Sequence record: CAXMZX020000754.1
Reading direction: 5' to 3' (one strand)
Length of the DNA: 32,000 nt
The notes beneath the pieces are model-generated. The model was not told the DNA's origin. It worked only from the letters and a program-made list of their open reading frames with translations, and ran no database searches. Within the stretch, counting starts at the first letter, position 1; each line of letters opens with the position of its first letter. A program made the translations under genes and the position numbers. Shown in pieces: positions 7,734 through 17,066 of the stretch.

Positions 7734-7916
7734 CTAGTCACCTAGTATTCGGATTATCATTACTGTTAATAATATATAACAGCAAATTCTCATCCCAATC
7801 ATTTCGATCATTGGAACACCACATACTTCCTTAGTTAGGTAAGCCCGTATTACTGTAACTGTTTTATTAATTAATACGATATTATTTAATTTTCTAACGA
7901 TAGGGTCAAGAATCAT
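7734..7916 (-). CDS. hypothetical 60-aa protein (orphan ORF, family not recognised)
   Basis: The ORF is preceded by AAGGAACTATT-ATG, the same SD-like context as the confirmed genes here, and is followed by a hairpin. The C-terminal half is hydrophobic. No motif recognised. Confidence 0.3.
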   Translation of the reverse strand: MILDPIVRKLNNIVLINKTVTVIRAYLTKEVCGVPMIEMIGMRICCYILLTVMIIRILGD

Positions 7917-8323
7917 AATAGTTCCTTATTTTTGATATATTGTCGAATAAAATTCTAATTTTTTGTTAAGATTAATTAATCTAGTTTTTTGCTAAGATCA
8001 ATTAAGATAAATTCTATATATAGTATATATATAAAATTATCTTTTTGTCAAACCTAAAGAATTAAGTTTAGTTAATTTTTTAATAGTTCTAGAAACCTAA
8101 TAAAAAATTATCATAATTCTTGACTATGGAGTTTACAAAATTTCAAAATTAATTATATATTACTAAAGGTAAATTATTTATTCTCCAGTATACTATCACT
8201 ATTATTTAAATTGTTTTGAATTTAGAAAATTTATTATTTCGTAATGGTAAGTATTACTACTTAATAGTAATAAAATGTGCATAAAGAAGTCGATTATTTT
8301 TCATAAATTAATAAAAAACACAA

Positions 8324-8647
8324 ATGGCTCATAAAAAAGGTGCAGGCAGTACAAAGAATGGGCGGGATTCTAAATCAAAACGACTTGGAGTCAAATGTTT
8401 CCATGGCCATAAAGTACAAGCTGGGAATATTTTAATAAGACAGCGAGGTATCAGTTTTGAGCCAGGTGAAAATGTAGGCATTGGAAGAGATTATACTTTA
8501 TATGCTTCAGTCGAAGGTGTAGTTAGTTTTAAAAAAAAAAGAAAGAAAACTTTTGTTTCAATTGTAGAACTTGATGAAACAACAAAGACGATTTACAACT
8601 ACTTTGGTGAACTTGAATTTAATTATAAAAAAATGTTTCCAAATTAA
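8324..8647 (+). CDS. rpl27: 50S ribosomal protein L27
   Basis: [24 protein letters not shown]... is a canonical L27 N-terminus. The ORF (107 aa) carries a C-terminal extension of about 20 aa. Confidence 0.9.
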   Translation: MAHKKGAGSTKNGRDSKSKRLGVKCFHGHKVQAGNILIRQRGISFEPGENVGIGRDYTLYASVEGVVSFKKKRKKTFVSIVELDETTKTIYNYFGELEFNYKKMFPN

Positions 8648-8848
8648 ATAGTCTTATATTCCATTATGAATGGACAATATTTAGAGGATAATAATCAGTT
8701 GATTAAGTTATAAACTCAATTAAAACCCCTCTTTTTATTAGACTTCTTCCAAAATTTTATTTTGTAATTTATATTTCTAGAATTATATACCGTTCCTATA
8801 TATCAAGAAAATAGATTCTATCAGAAAAAATAGATAAAAATCAAAATT

Positions 8849-8980
8849 ATGACACAATCGTTAACAAATTTTTTATCCAGTTTAATTGCTGGTGGGCTTA
8901 TTGTAGTATTCCCTATTAGCTTAGCATTATTTTTTGTGAGTAAGAAAGATGCTTTAACGCGTGTAGTACCAAAAGACTAA
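8849..8980 (+). CDS. psbX: photosystem II protein PsbX
   Basis: 43-aa [46 protein letters not shown] matches the PsbX pattern MTPSL.NFL.SL... Confidence 0.8.
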   Translation: MTQSLTNFLSSLIAGGLIVVFPISLALFFVSKKDALTRVVPKD

Positions 8981-9053
8981 TCATTAAAAAATAATAAAAG
9001 ATTCCAGTATCTTATACTAAATATTAATTACTTTTTTAAAGATCTATTAACTT

Positions 9054-9341
9054 ATGATAAACATAGTTTTTGGAGCCAATTTTCTTCTAGGCATTCTCAT
9101 AATTTTGGGGGTATTAGTCTTATATTTTTTAAGAAGCATAAGACCTGAACTTTCACGTGACGAAGATATTTTTTTTACAACATTAGGTCTAATATATGGA
9201 GCTATTTTAATTATTCATGGATGGCGACTTGATCCAATCTTATTATTTAGTCAAGTTCTTTTAGTTAGTATTGCTCTTGCTGCTGGTTGGGAAAATATCA
9301 GACTGAGAGGTTTAATTGCTGCAAAATTAAAGAACAAATAA
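9054..9341 (+). CDS. ycf66: Ycf66-family membrane protein
   Basis: 95-aa ORF with LRSIRPELSRDEDIFF...GWRLDPILLFSQ, matching my recollection of the Ycf66 signature. Confidence 0.65.
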   Translation: MINIVFGANFLLGILIILGVLVLYFLRSIRPELSRDEDIFFTTLGLIYGAILIIHGWRLDPILLFSQVLLVSIALAAGWENIRLRGLIAAKLKNK

Positions 9342-9442
9342 AATTACTAAAAATTTATTGTAATAAAATTGAGTAAGATTTAACGTTCAGAATTGTTTTT
9401 TTGTTTCAGTAATTAAGATATTATATATATATTTCCTCTATT

Positions 9443-9928
9443 ATGTTCAAACAAATTTTTACAAGTATAACTCTTGCATGTTTATTAAATTTAGGTACAT
9501 CATCAGTTTTAGCTATAGAACTTGACGAAGCAACAAGAACAATCCCTGTAACTAGTGATGGTAAAACAATAGTACTGACTCCAGAGCAAGTTAAAAGAGG
9601 AAAACGACTATTTAATTCAAGTTGTGGACAATGCCATGTTGGTGGGGTTACAAAAACAAACCCAAATCTAGGGCTTGATAGTGAAGCTTTAAGTTTAGCA
9701 ACGCCATCACGTAATAATATTACAGGCTTGGTTGATTATATGAAAAACCCAACAACCTATGATGGTTTAGAATCGATTGCTGAAATTCATCCAAGTATTA
9801 AGAGTGCTAATATTTTTACAAGAATGCAATCGTTAGATGAAAATGATTTAGTAGATATTGCAGGTCATATATTATTACAACCTAAAATCGTTTCTGAGAA
9901 ATGGGGTGGGGGAAAAATTTATTATTAA
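9443..9928 (+). CDS. psbV: cytochrome c-550 (PsbV) precursor
   Basis: 161 aa with an N-terminal signal peptide, the heme motif CGQCH and the conserved ...TKTNPNLGLD...DYMKNPTTYDG. Confidence 0.9.
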   Translation: MFKQIFTSITLACLLNLGTSSVLAIELDEATRTIPVTSDGKTIVLTPEQVKRGKRLFNSSCGQCHVGGVTKTNPNLGLDSEALSLATPSRNNITGLVDYMKNPTTYDGLESIAEIHPSIKSANIFTRMQSLDENDLVDIAGHILLQPKIVSEKWGGGKIYY

Positions 9929-10034
9929 TTAAAAATTTAAAATAGTAAAGATTTTTAATCTCGTACTGTATATTAAAAATAATAATAGATTTTTATTTTA
10001 TTAAATTAAAAAAAAATTTATAGGAGAATTACTA

Positions 10035-10364
10035 ATGAAAAATTTTTTTTTGGGTTTCTTTATCTCATGTTTAACTCTAATTAGTTTTTATAAGCCAGCA
10101 GACGCTGTAGATATTAATAATGGAGAAACTGTTTTCACCGCTAACTGTTCTGCATGTCATGCTGGTGGAAATAATGTTATAATGCCGGAAAAAACTTTAA
10201 AAAAAGATGCATTAGGAACAAACCAAATGAATAGTGTTTCTGCTATTACGTATCAAGTCACAAATGGAAAAAATGCTATGCCAGCTTTTGGTGGTCGCTT
10301 AGAGGAGCCTGAGATTGAAGATGTAGCTAATTATGTATTATCTCAATCTGAAAAAGGTTGGTAA
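10035..10364 (+). CDS. petJ: cytochrome c6 (c-553) precursor
   Basis: 109 aa with a signal peptide ending ADA, NGETVFTANCSACHAGGNN (CxxCH) and the NAMPAFGGRL motif. Confidence 0.9.
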   Translation: MKNFFLGFFISCLTLISFYKPADAVDINNGETVFTANCSACHAGGNNVIMPEKTLKKDALGTNQMNSVSAITYQVTNGKNAMPAFGGRLEEPEIEDVANYVLSQSEKGW

Positions 10365-10504
10365 CAATAATGGATAAATTTAGTTAAAAATATTTTATTA
10401 GAAGTAATATACAACTGTTAATTAGATTTTTATTTTCTAAGACGAGATTCTAATGCTTTTTAAAATCTTTTTATTTTTAAAATCTCTTTTTTAATAATAA
10501 CATT

Positions 10505-12091
10505 ATGAGCAAAAAAATATTGTATCAGGAAGATGCAAGACAGGCTTTAGAAAAAGGAATGAAAATACTAGTCGAAGCAGTTTCAGTTACTCTAGGGCCT
10601 AAAGGAAGAAATGTTGTTTTAGATAAAAAATATGGTTCACCGCAAATCATTAATGATGGGGTAAGTATTGCCAAAGAGATTGAATTAAAAGATAATATTT
10701 TTAATACTGGAGTATCTTTAATTAGACAAGCGGCTTCTAAAACAAATGATGTAGCTGGTGATGGGACAACAACTGCAACTGTTTTAGCATATGCGATTGT
10801 AAAAAAGGGAATGAAAAATGTTGCTGCAGGATCAAACCCAATTTCTATAAAATTTGGTCTTGAAAAAGCTGCCAAATATTTAACCACGCAAATTTTAGAT
10901 TATGCACGTCCTATCGAAGATAATATAGGAATAAAACAGGTAGCAACAATATCTTCAGGGAATGATAAAGAAATTGGGTCTATGATTGCAGATGCTCTTA
11001 AAAAAGTAGGTCGTGATGGAATTATTTCCTTAGAAGAAAGTAATAATACTTTTATTGAATTATCTGTTACAGAAGGGATGAGATTAGATAAAGGATTTAT
11101 TTCTCCTTATTTTATTACAAATCCTGAAAAAGGAGAGGTTGAATATGAAAATCCGTTTATTTTAATTACAGATAAAAAACTTACTATAGTACAACAAGAC
11201 GTAATACCAATTTTAGAAAAAGTTGCATTTACTAAACGACCCCTATTAATAATTGCAGAAGATATCGAAAAAGAGGCCTTATCTACTTTAGTACTTAATA
11301 AATTAAGAGGTATTGTTCATGCAGTGGGTATTCGGGCTCCTGGTTTTGGAGATTTTCGTAAAGCTCTATTAGAAGATATCGCAATCTTGACTGGAGGTAC
11401 TTTAATAACAGAAGAACTTGGTTTACGTTTAGAGAGCGTTGAGTTAGATTTATTAGGGCAGGCTTCAAGGATAATTGTGACAAAAGATTCAACTACTATT
11501 ATTACTAAGGGTAATTTAGAGGAAATTAAAAAACGTTGTGAACAATTGAAAAAACAAATCACAAAAAATAATGTCGCGTATGAGATTGAAAAATTAAAAG
11601 ATAGAATTGCCAAGCTTTCTGGTGGAATTGCAGTTATAAAAGTTGGGGCTGTGACAGAAACGGAAATGAAAGATAAAAAATTGCGGCTTGAAGATGCGAT
11701 AAATGCTACTCGTGCAGCAGTTGAAGAAGGGATAATACCAGGAGGCGGGGCTACCTTCGCACATCTATCAACACTATTAAAACTGTGGGCAAAACAAAAT
11801 TTAAAAGATGATCAGCTTATTGGGGCATATATTTTAGCAGATTCTATTGAAGAACCATTAAAAAGGATTGCTGAAAATACAGGAAAAAATGGTAGTGTCA
11901 TTATAGATTTAGTTAAAGAAAACCTTTTTGAATTTGGTTACAATGCTGAGCTAAACAAGTTTGGGAACATGTTTGAATATGGTATAGTTGATCCAGCTAA
12001 AGTAACCCGTTCTGCTCTGCAGAATGCGATTTCAATAGCTGGCATGATTTTAACAACTGAATGTATTGTAGTTAGTCATAAAGATAATTAA
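10505..12091 (+). CDS. groEL: chaperonin GroEL (Cpn60)
   Basis: 528 aa with the canonical [12 protein letters not shown] and GGG motifs and full-length GroEL similarity. Confidence 0.95.
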   Translation: MSKKILYQEDARQALEKGMKILVEAVSVTLGPKGRNVVLDKKYGSPQIINDGVSIAKEIELKDNIFNTGVSLIRQAASKTNDVAGDGTTTATVLAYAIVKKGMKNVAAGSNPISIKFGLEKAAKYLTTQILDYARPIEDNIGIKQVATISSGNDKEIGSMIADALKKVGRDGIISLEESNNTFIELSVTEGMRLDKGFISPYFITNPEKGEVEYENPFILITDKKLTIVQQDVIPILEKVAFTKRPLLIIAEDIEKEALSTLVLNKLRGIVHAVGIRAPGFGDFRKALLEDIAILTGGTLITEELGLRLESVELDLLGQASRIIVTKDSTTIITKGNLEEIKKRCEQLKKQITKNNVAYEIEKLKDRIAKLSGGIAVIKVGAVTETEMKDKKLRLEDAINATRAAVEEGIIPGGGATFAHLSTLLKLWAKQNLKDDQLIGAYILADSIEEPLKRIAENTGKNGSVIIDLVKENLFEFGYNAELNKFGNMFEYGIVDPAKVTRSALQNAISIAGMILTTECIVVSHKDN

Positions 12092-12108
12092 AAAGCGAAT
12101 AAGTCTTT

Positions 12109-12183
12109 CGGGATTGACGGGACTCGAACCCGCAACTTTCACCGTGACAGGGTGATACTCTAACCAAATTGAGATACAACCCC
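12109..12183 (-). tRNA. trnD: tRNA-Asp(GUC)
   Basis: The reverse complement folds as GGGGUUG..CUGUCAC..GCGGG-UUCGAGU-CCCGU-CAAUCCC-G. One U10:U25 mismatch in the D stem. Confidence 0.85.
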
Positions 12184-12327
12184 ATGAGATACGTATGTAG
12201 TAATTATACTACATAATTTGTCATAAGGGTATGCTTTTTGTATATATACTTACCAAGAATTTTAGGGTTGTCCAATTAATATTTTTTCTAGTAGGATAGG
12301 GTTTAATATAGTATTAAAAATACAATA

Positions 12328-12400
12328 GACTCTGTAGCTCAGTGGTTAGAGTAGGGGACTCATAAGCCCTTGGTCGCAGGTTCAAATCCAGCCAGAGTTA
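12328..12400 (+). tRNA. trnM: tRNA(CAU), most likely elongator tRNA-Met
   Basis: GACUCUG-UA-GCUC-AGUGGUUA-GAGU..loop CUCAUAA..GCAGG-UUCAAAU-CCAGC-CAGAGUU-A. Mismatches at 31:39 (A/G) and 51:63 (A/A). Confidence 0.75.
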
Positions 12401-12407
12401 TTTCTAT

Positions 12408-12497
12408 GGTGAGATGGCTGAGTGGCTTAAAGCGTTAGATTGCTAATCTATTGTACAAATAATCTTTGTACCGAGGGTTCGAATCCCTCTCTTTCCT
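12408..12497 (+). tRNA. trnS: tRNA-Ser(GCU)
   Basis: Class II tRNA GGUGAGAUGGCUGAGUGG..., anticodon loop UUGCUAA, long variable arm GUACAAAUAAUCUUUGUAC, T arm GAGGG-UUCGAAU-CCCUC. One U3:U70 mismatch. Confidence 0.85.
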
Positions 12498-12603
12498 TTC
12501 AAGTACTTTTTTATTAAAGGTATTCCTATGAAATATCTTATAGGGAGAGATATATAGGACTTGTCAAATTAATTTGTTATTTTGGCAAATCCTATATATC
12601 TTC

Positions 12604-12631
12604 TTGGAATTATTTAAGTTTTTAGTATAAT
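12604..12631 (+). promoter_or_regulatory. candidate promoter upstream of dnaK (TTGGAA-N16-TATAAT)
   Basis: TTGGAA at 12604-12609 and TATAAT at 12626-12631. This is weak evidence in AT-rich DNA. Confidence 0.2.
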
Positions 12632-12789
12632 AAAATTTAAGCATTTAAATTTGTAGATATTACATGATTACTGATAGCTAGATTAAATCTATCTATCAGT
12701 CATTCAATTTTATGAAAGCAATGGTTTAATTAAATATTGTAAACTATTTCTATTTCATAATTATTCATATTATAAAGGATATAAAATAT

Positions 12790-14691
12790 ATGGTTAATAA
12801 TTCAGGTAAAGTATTTGGGGTTGATCTTGGTACAACTAATTCAGTTGTAGCTGTAATGGAAGGTGGGCAACCAACAGTAGTTAATAATGCGGAAGGATTT
12901 AGAACAACTCCGTCAATTGTAGCTTATACTAAAAAGAAAGATCTTTTAGTTGGACAAATTGCTAAACGACAAGCAGTTATTAACCCTGAAAATACTTTTT
13001 CATCAATAAAACGTTTTATGGGTTCTAAATTTAGTGAATTAGATGCAGGATCAAAAGAGGTTTCTTACGAATTAATTAGTGATAATAAAAATAATGTAAA
13101 AATTGTTTGTTCTAATATGGATAAACAATTTAGCCCCGAAGAAATCTCTTCACAAATTTTAAGAAAACTCTCAAATGATGTGAGTCTTTATATGGGTCAA
13201 ACGATTGATCAAGCTGTGATAACAGTTCCGGCTTACTTTAATGATGCTCAACGCCAAGCAACAAGAGATGCAGGACGTATTGCAGGATTAGAAATTAAGC
13301 GAATTATCAACGAACCAACAGCAGCTTCATTAGCTTATGGTCTTGAAAAAAAAAATAATGAACTAGTTATAATTTTTGATTTAGGTGGTGGGACATTTGA
13401 TGTTTCGCTATTAGAAGTTGGTGATGGGGTTTTTGAGGTTTTATCTACTTCCGGGGACACTAGCCTTGGTGGTGATGATTTTGATAAAAAAATTGTTAAT
13501 TATATTCTTAAAAATTTTAAAGCTAAAGAGAATATTGATTTAGCATCTGATCCTCAAGCTTTACAACGAGTAACTGAAGCTGCAGAAAAAGCTAAAATTG
13601 AACTATCAAACCTATCAGAAACAACTATAAATTTACCATTTATTACAGCTAATCAAGATGGTCCGAAACATATTGAAGAAACATTAACTAGAAGTAAATT
13701 TGAAGAACTTTGTGAAGATCTAATAAACCGTTGTCGTTTACCTGTAGAAGCAGCTATTAAAGATGCTCGTATTGAACGAGATACAATTAATGAATTAGTA
13801 TTGGTAGGTGGTTCTACACGTATTCCAGCTATACAAAGTTTAGTGTCAAAAATTGTACAAAAAGAACCAAACCAAAGTGTGAATCCAGATGAAGTAGTAG
13901 CAGTTGGAGCAGCAGTGCAAGGTGGTGTATTGGCCGGTGAGGTTAAAAATGTTCTTTTACTTGATGTAACACCTTTATCGTTAGGAGTTGAGACATTAGG
14001 CTCTTTAATGACTGTTATGATTCCGCGTAACACTACAATTCCAGTTCAAAAATCAGAGACTTTTTCAACAGCGACAGATAATCAACCAAGTGTTGATGTC
14101 GAAGTTTTACAAGGAGAACGTCAATTAGCAAAAGATAATAAGCGTTTAGGTAATTTTAAACTAGAAGAAATAGCATCGGCTCCGAGAGGAGTTCCACAGA
14201 TTGAAGTTACTTTTGATATTAACGCTAGTGGTATTTTGTCTGTTAGTGCAAAGGATAAAAGTACTGGTAAGACACAACGTATCAACATTCAAAATGCTTC
14301 AAGTTTAGATAAGGACGAAGTAGAAAGAATGATAAGAGAAGCAGAGGAATCATCTAAGATAGACAAAGAGAAAAAAGAAAAAATTGATATAAAAAATGAG
14401 GCTGATTTAATTTGTTATCAGAATGAAAAAGAATTAAAAGAGTACGGAAATAAATTAACTGAAGAAACAAAAGAACGTTTTAAAGCTGGAATTAAATCTG
14501 TTCGTGATAGTTTAGGGAAAGAGGATTTAGATACTCAAGGTCTTAAAACTAAAATGGAAGAGCTAAAAAAACTTTCAGAAACAGTTAAAGAAGAACTAGC
14601 TAAATCAGAGAATTCAGAAGACACAGGTTCACCACAAACAAATCCAGACGACACAATTATTGATACAGATTTTGTAGAGGATAATGATTAA
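12790..14691 (+). CDS. dnaK: Hsp70 chaperone DnaK
   Basis: 633 aa with the canonical [17 protein letters not shown] and [10 protein letters not shown] motifs. Confidence 0.95.
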   Translation: MVNNSGKVFGVDLGTTNSVVAVMEGGQPTVVNNAEGFRTTPSIVAYTKKKDLLVGQIAKRQAVINPENTFSSIKRFMGSKFSELDAGSKEVSYELISDNKNNVKIVCSNMDKQFSPEEISSQILRKLSNDVSLYMGQTIDQAVITVPAYFNDAQRQATRDAGRIAGLEIKRIINEPTAASLAYGLEKKNNELVIIFDLGGGTFDVSLLEVGDGVFEVLSTSGDTSLGGDDFDKKIVNYILKNFKAKENIDLASDPQALQRVTEAAEKAKIELSNLSETTINLPFITANQDGPKHIEETLTRSKFEELCEDLINRCRLPVEAAIKDARIERDTINELVLVGGSTRIPAIQSLVSKIVQKEPNQSVNPDEVVAVGAAVQGGVLAGEVKNVLLLDVTPLSLGVETLGSLMTVMIPRNTTIPVQKSETFSTATDNQPSVDVEVLQGERQLAKDNKRLGNFKLEEIASAPRGVPQIEVTFDINASGILSVSAKDKSTGKTQRINIQNASSLDKDEVERMIREAEESSKIDKEKKEKIDIKNEADLICYQNEKELKEYGNKLTEETKERFKAGIKSVRDSLGKEDLDTQGLKTKMEELKKLSETVKEELAKSENSEDTGSPQTNPDDTIIDTDFVEDND

Positions 14692-14799
14692 TAAATATTA
14701 AAAGCAAAGAGTCTATAGAGTTATATGCCTTAACTTAATTGCATAATATTTATTTGTTGATATATAATTATTTTAAATAAATTTTATTGGAGAGTCCCT

Positions 14800-14925
14800 A
14801 TGATTAGTTTATATTTCTTAAAACTATTTGTTTATGCTATTGTTACAGGGTTTAGTTCACTTTTTATCTTTGGGTTTTTATCTAATGACCCTTCAAGAAA
14901 TCCAAACCGAAAAGATTTTGAATAA
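14800..14925 (+). CDS. psbI: photosystem II protein PsbI
   Basis: 41-aa [44 protein letters not shown] matches the PsbI consensus LKLFVY...[20 protein letters not shown] lies upstream. Confidence 0.85.
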   Translation: MISLYFLKLFVYAIVTGFSSLFIFGFLSNDPSRNPNRKDFE

Positions 14926-14934
14926 TAATGATCA

Positions 14935-14982
14935 TTAAGTTATGACCCTTATTTAATTAATTAAATAAGGGTCATAACTTAA
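14935..14982 (+). terminator. perfect 48-nt palindrome 10 nt after the psbI stop
   Basis: ttaagttatgacccttatttaatt / aattaaataagggtcataacttaa are exact reverse complements. Confidence 0.5.
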
Positions 14983-15017
14983 ATAATTTAAGGTATACAA
15001 TTATAGGTATTATATTT

Positions 15018-15089
15018 GCGAGTGTAGCTCAGTGGTAGAGCGCAACCTTGCCAAGGTTGATGTCGCGCGTTCGAATCGCGTCACTCGCT
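15018..15089 (+). tRNA. trnG: tRNA-Gly(GCC)
   Basis: GCGAGUG-UA-GCUC-AGUGGUA-GAGC-G-CAACC-UUGCCAA-GGUUG..GCGCG-UUCGAAU-CGCGU-CACUCGC-U. Confidence 0.9.
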
Positions 15090-15448
15090 TTTAAAACGAA
15101 ATTTTATATTAAATATTAAAATATCTTACTAATAGTTCTTCTTACAAATATCGGACGTTGAATTGTTAGATCAATGTAGAAAGATATCAAACATAGTAAG
15201 TAGTGTGGATAAATGTTAGTATATAAAGACATAAGCAGGCGTCTAATCTTTTTTACATGTATCACGCATTTAATTATTTTTTTGATAATATATTGCCTTT
15301 AAAAATTTTTACATTATAGTATGACTATTTAAATAATAAATTATATCTAAATTAGTATTATAGATAGACTATTTATAATTTGATAATTAAAACAAATTTA
15401 TGAGATATTAGTTTATAATAATATTACTAATTTAAATAAAATATTATT

Positions 15449-16267
15449 ATGTCAAACCAAGATAAATTGATTATTGGGGGGAAAATTTTTACTTCACGCC
15501 TTATTACAGGTACTGGCAAATATAAAAATTTAAGAGATATGGTTGAATGTTTAGCAAAAAGTGAAAGTGAAATTGTAACTGTGGCTATAAGAAGACTAGA
15601 TTTATTAGATATTTCTAAAAATAATAATATAATAACCGCAATTAATTGGGAAAAATTTTGGCTACTACCTAATACAGCAGGTGCAAAAACAACAGATGAA
15701 GCTATTAGGCTCGCTTTCTTAGGAAGAGAATTATCTAAAAGAATTGGCCAAGAAGAAAATAATTTTATTAAACTTGAGGTTATCTCTGATCCTAAATATC
15801 TTTTCCCTGATCCAATAGGGACAGTAAAAGCAGCTGAGTTTTTAGTAAAAAAAGGTTTTATAGTATTACCATATACAAATAGTGACCCTATGTTAGCAAA
15901 ACATCTTGAAGATATCGGGTGTTCTACTATTATGCCATTAGGGTCACCTATTGGTTCGGGTCAAGGTATCCAAAATATAAATAATATTCAAATTATTATT
16001 GAAAATTCTAACATACCAGTTATAATAGATGCAGGTATCAGTTCACCTAGTGAAGCCTCTCTTGCTATGGAACTAGGTGCTGAAGCTGTTTTAATAAATA
16101 CTGCAATAGCAAAAGCAACAAATTCTATAGCTATGGCAAAAGCGATGAACCTTGGTGTTAAGGCAGGAAGACAAGCTTATTTAGCAGGGAAAATGGTTCC
16201 ATATAGATTTGCGCAATCAAGTTCACCATTAAAGGGATCTGAGTTTTTAAAATTAAACCCAAAATAG
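15449..16267 (+). CDS. thiG: thiazole synthase ThiG
   Basis: 272 aa, L(I)IGGK.F.SRL..GTGKY..., the KLEVI Schiff-base lysine region and [14 protein letters not shown]. Confidence 0.9.
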   Translation: MSNQDKLIIGGKIFTSRLITGTGKYKNLRDMVECLAKSESEIVTVAIRRLDLLDISKNNNIITAINWEKFWLLPNTAGAKTTDEAIRLAFLGRELSKRIGQEENNFIKLEVISDPKYLFPDPIGTVKAAEFLVKKGFIVLPYTNSDPMLAKHLEDIGCSTIMPLGSPIGSGQGIQNINNIQIIIENSNIPVIIDAGISSPSEASLAMELGAEAVLINTAIAKATNSIAMAKAMNLGVKAGRQAYLAGKMVPYRFAQSSSPLKGSEFLKLNPK

Positions 16268-16433
16268 ACTAACTTTTAAAATATATGATATATTTCATTG
16301 AGTAATAAATACCTTATAGAATATAATAGAGATGAAAACGAAAGTGTTCCAGAGAAGGATCCTAGTTATTAATTAAGAAACTGCTATTTAAAAGAGTCCT
16401 AAATTTTTTTCTAAAGGAGATGAGATTAAAAAA

Positions 16434-16922
16434 ATGAAATTAAGAAAAATTATAGTAAACAAGTTTAAATCGATTATATTTAAGAATAAGAAGAAAAAAC
16501 CTAGAGTAAAAATCAAGAGCGGTAAATCTAGAATAATAATCACAAGGGATGAACTTAGACTAATAATCAAGAACGCTAAACCAGTAAAATATTATTTTAT
16601 TATTGCAAGTAGTAAATTTCTACTAAAAAATGAACCATTAGAAGAAATGTTACGTGAAAGAGCTCAATTTCTTAGAAGGGAAAAAAAGCCTATTACTTTT
16701 TGGGTGGTAAAATCGCCCAAGTTTTTAGAATCACCCCAATTGAATGACTTAAAGAGTAAAATAACAGAAGCGGGGCTATCAGGCGTAGAATTAACAGCCA
16801 TTATATCCGTAGATCAAACTTTTACTACTTGGCTAAAATTACGACTTCAAAATGTAGGATACGGTGACTTTATGACTGGTGAAGATATAAAGAGTCCCTT
16901 AGCCTCTAATCTTCCAGTTTAA
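16434..16922 (+). CDS. ycf54: Ycf54 (DUF2488; cyclase-associated protein) with a Lys-rich N-terminal extension
   Basis: The core YYFIIASSKFLLKNEPLEEMLRERAQFLRREKKPITFWVV...TTWLKLRLQNV matches the Ycf54 signature. The only in-frame ATG (16434, AAGGAG 14 nt upstream) adds about 50 basic residues. Confidence 0.75.
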   Translation: MKLRKIIVNKFKSIIFKNKKKKPRVKIKSGKSRIIITRDELRLIIKNAKPVKYYFIIASSKFLLKNEPLEEMLRERAQFLRREKKPITFWVVKSPKFLESPQLNDLKSKITEAGLSGVELTAIISVDQTFTTWLKLRLQNVGYGDFMTGEDIKSPLASNLPV

Positions 16923-17066
16923 GTTTGCGTCGCATAAAAATATATTTAAGTTCCTTAAAAATTGTAAATATGTTTATAGAGTAGCTCGAAGAAAAATATA
17001 ATCTTATCTTTCATATAAAGGAATTATTTTACCTAATCTATGGAAATTTCAAAAATTAATAATTAA

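Noticed and set aside
10365-10504. Search for a CIRCE/HrcA operator upstream of groEL (and of dnaK at 12498-12789)
   Set aside because: Nothing resembling TTAGCACTC-N9-GAGTGCTAA is present.
10525-11613. Minus-strand ORFs of 120, 98 and 65 aa inside groEL
   Set aside because: They lie entirely antisense to a highly conserved gene and have low-complexity, unrecognisable products. These are typical shadow ORFs caused by codon bias.
13653-14033. 126-aa minus-strand ORF inside dnaK
   Set aside because: Antisense open frames in dnaK are a well-known compositional artefact. There is no SD and no recognisable motif.
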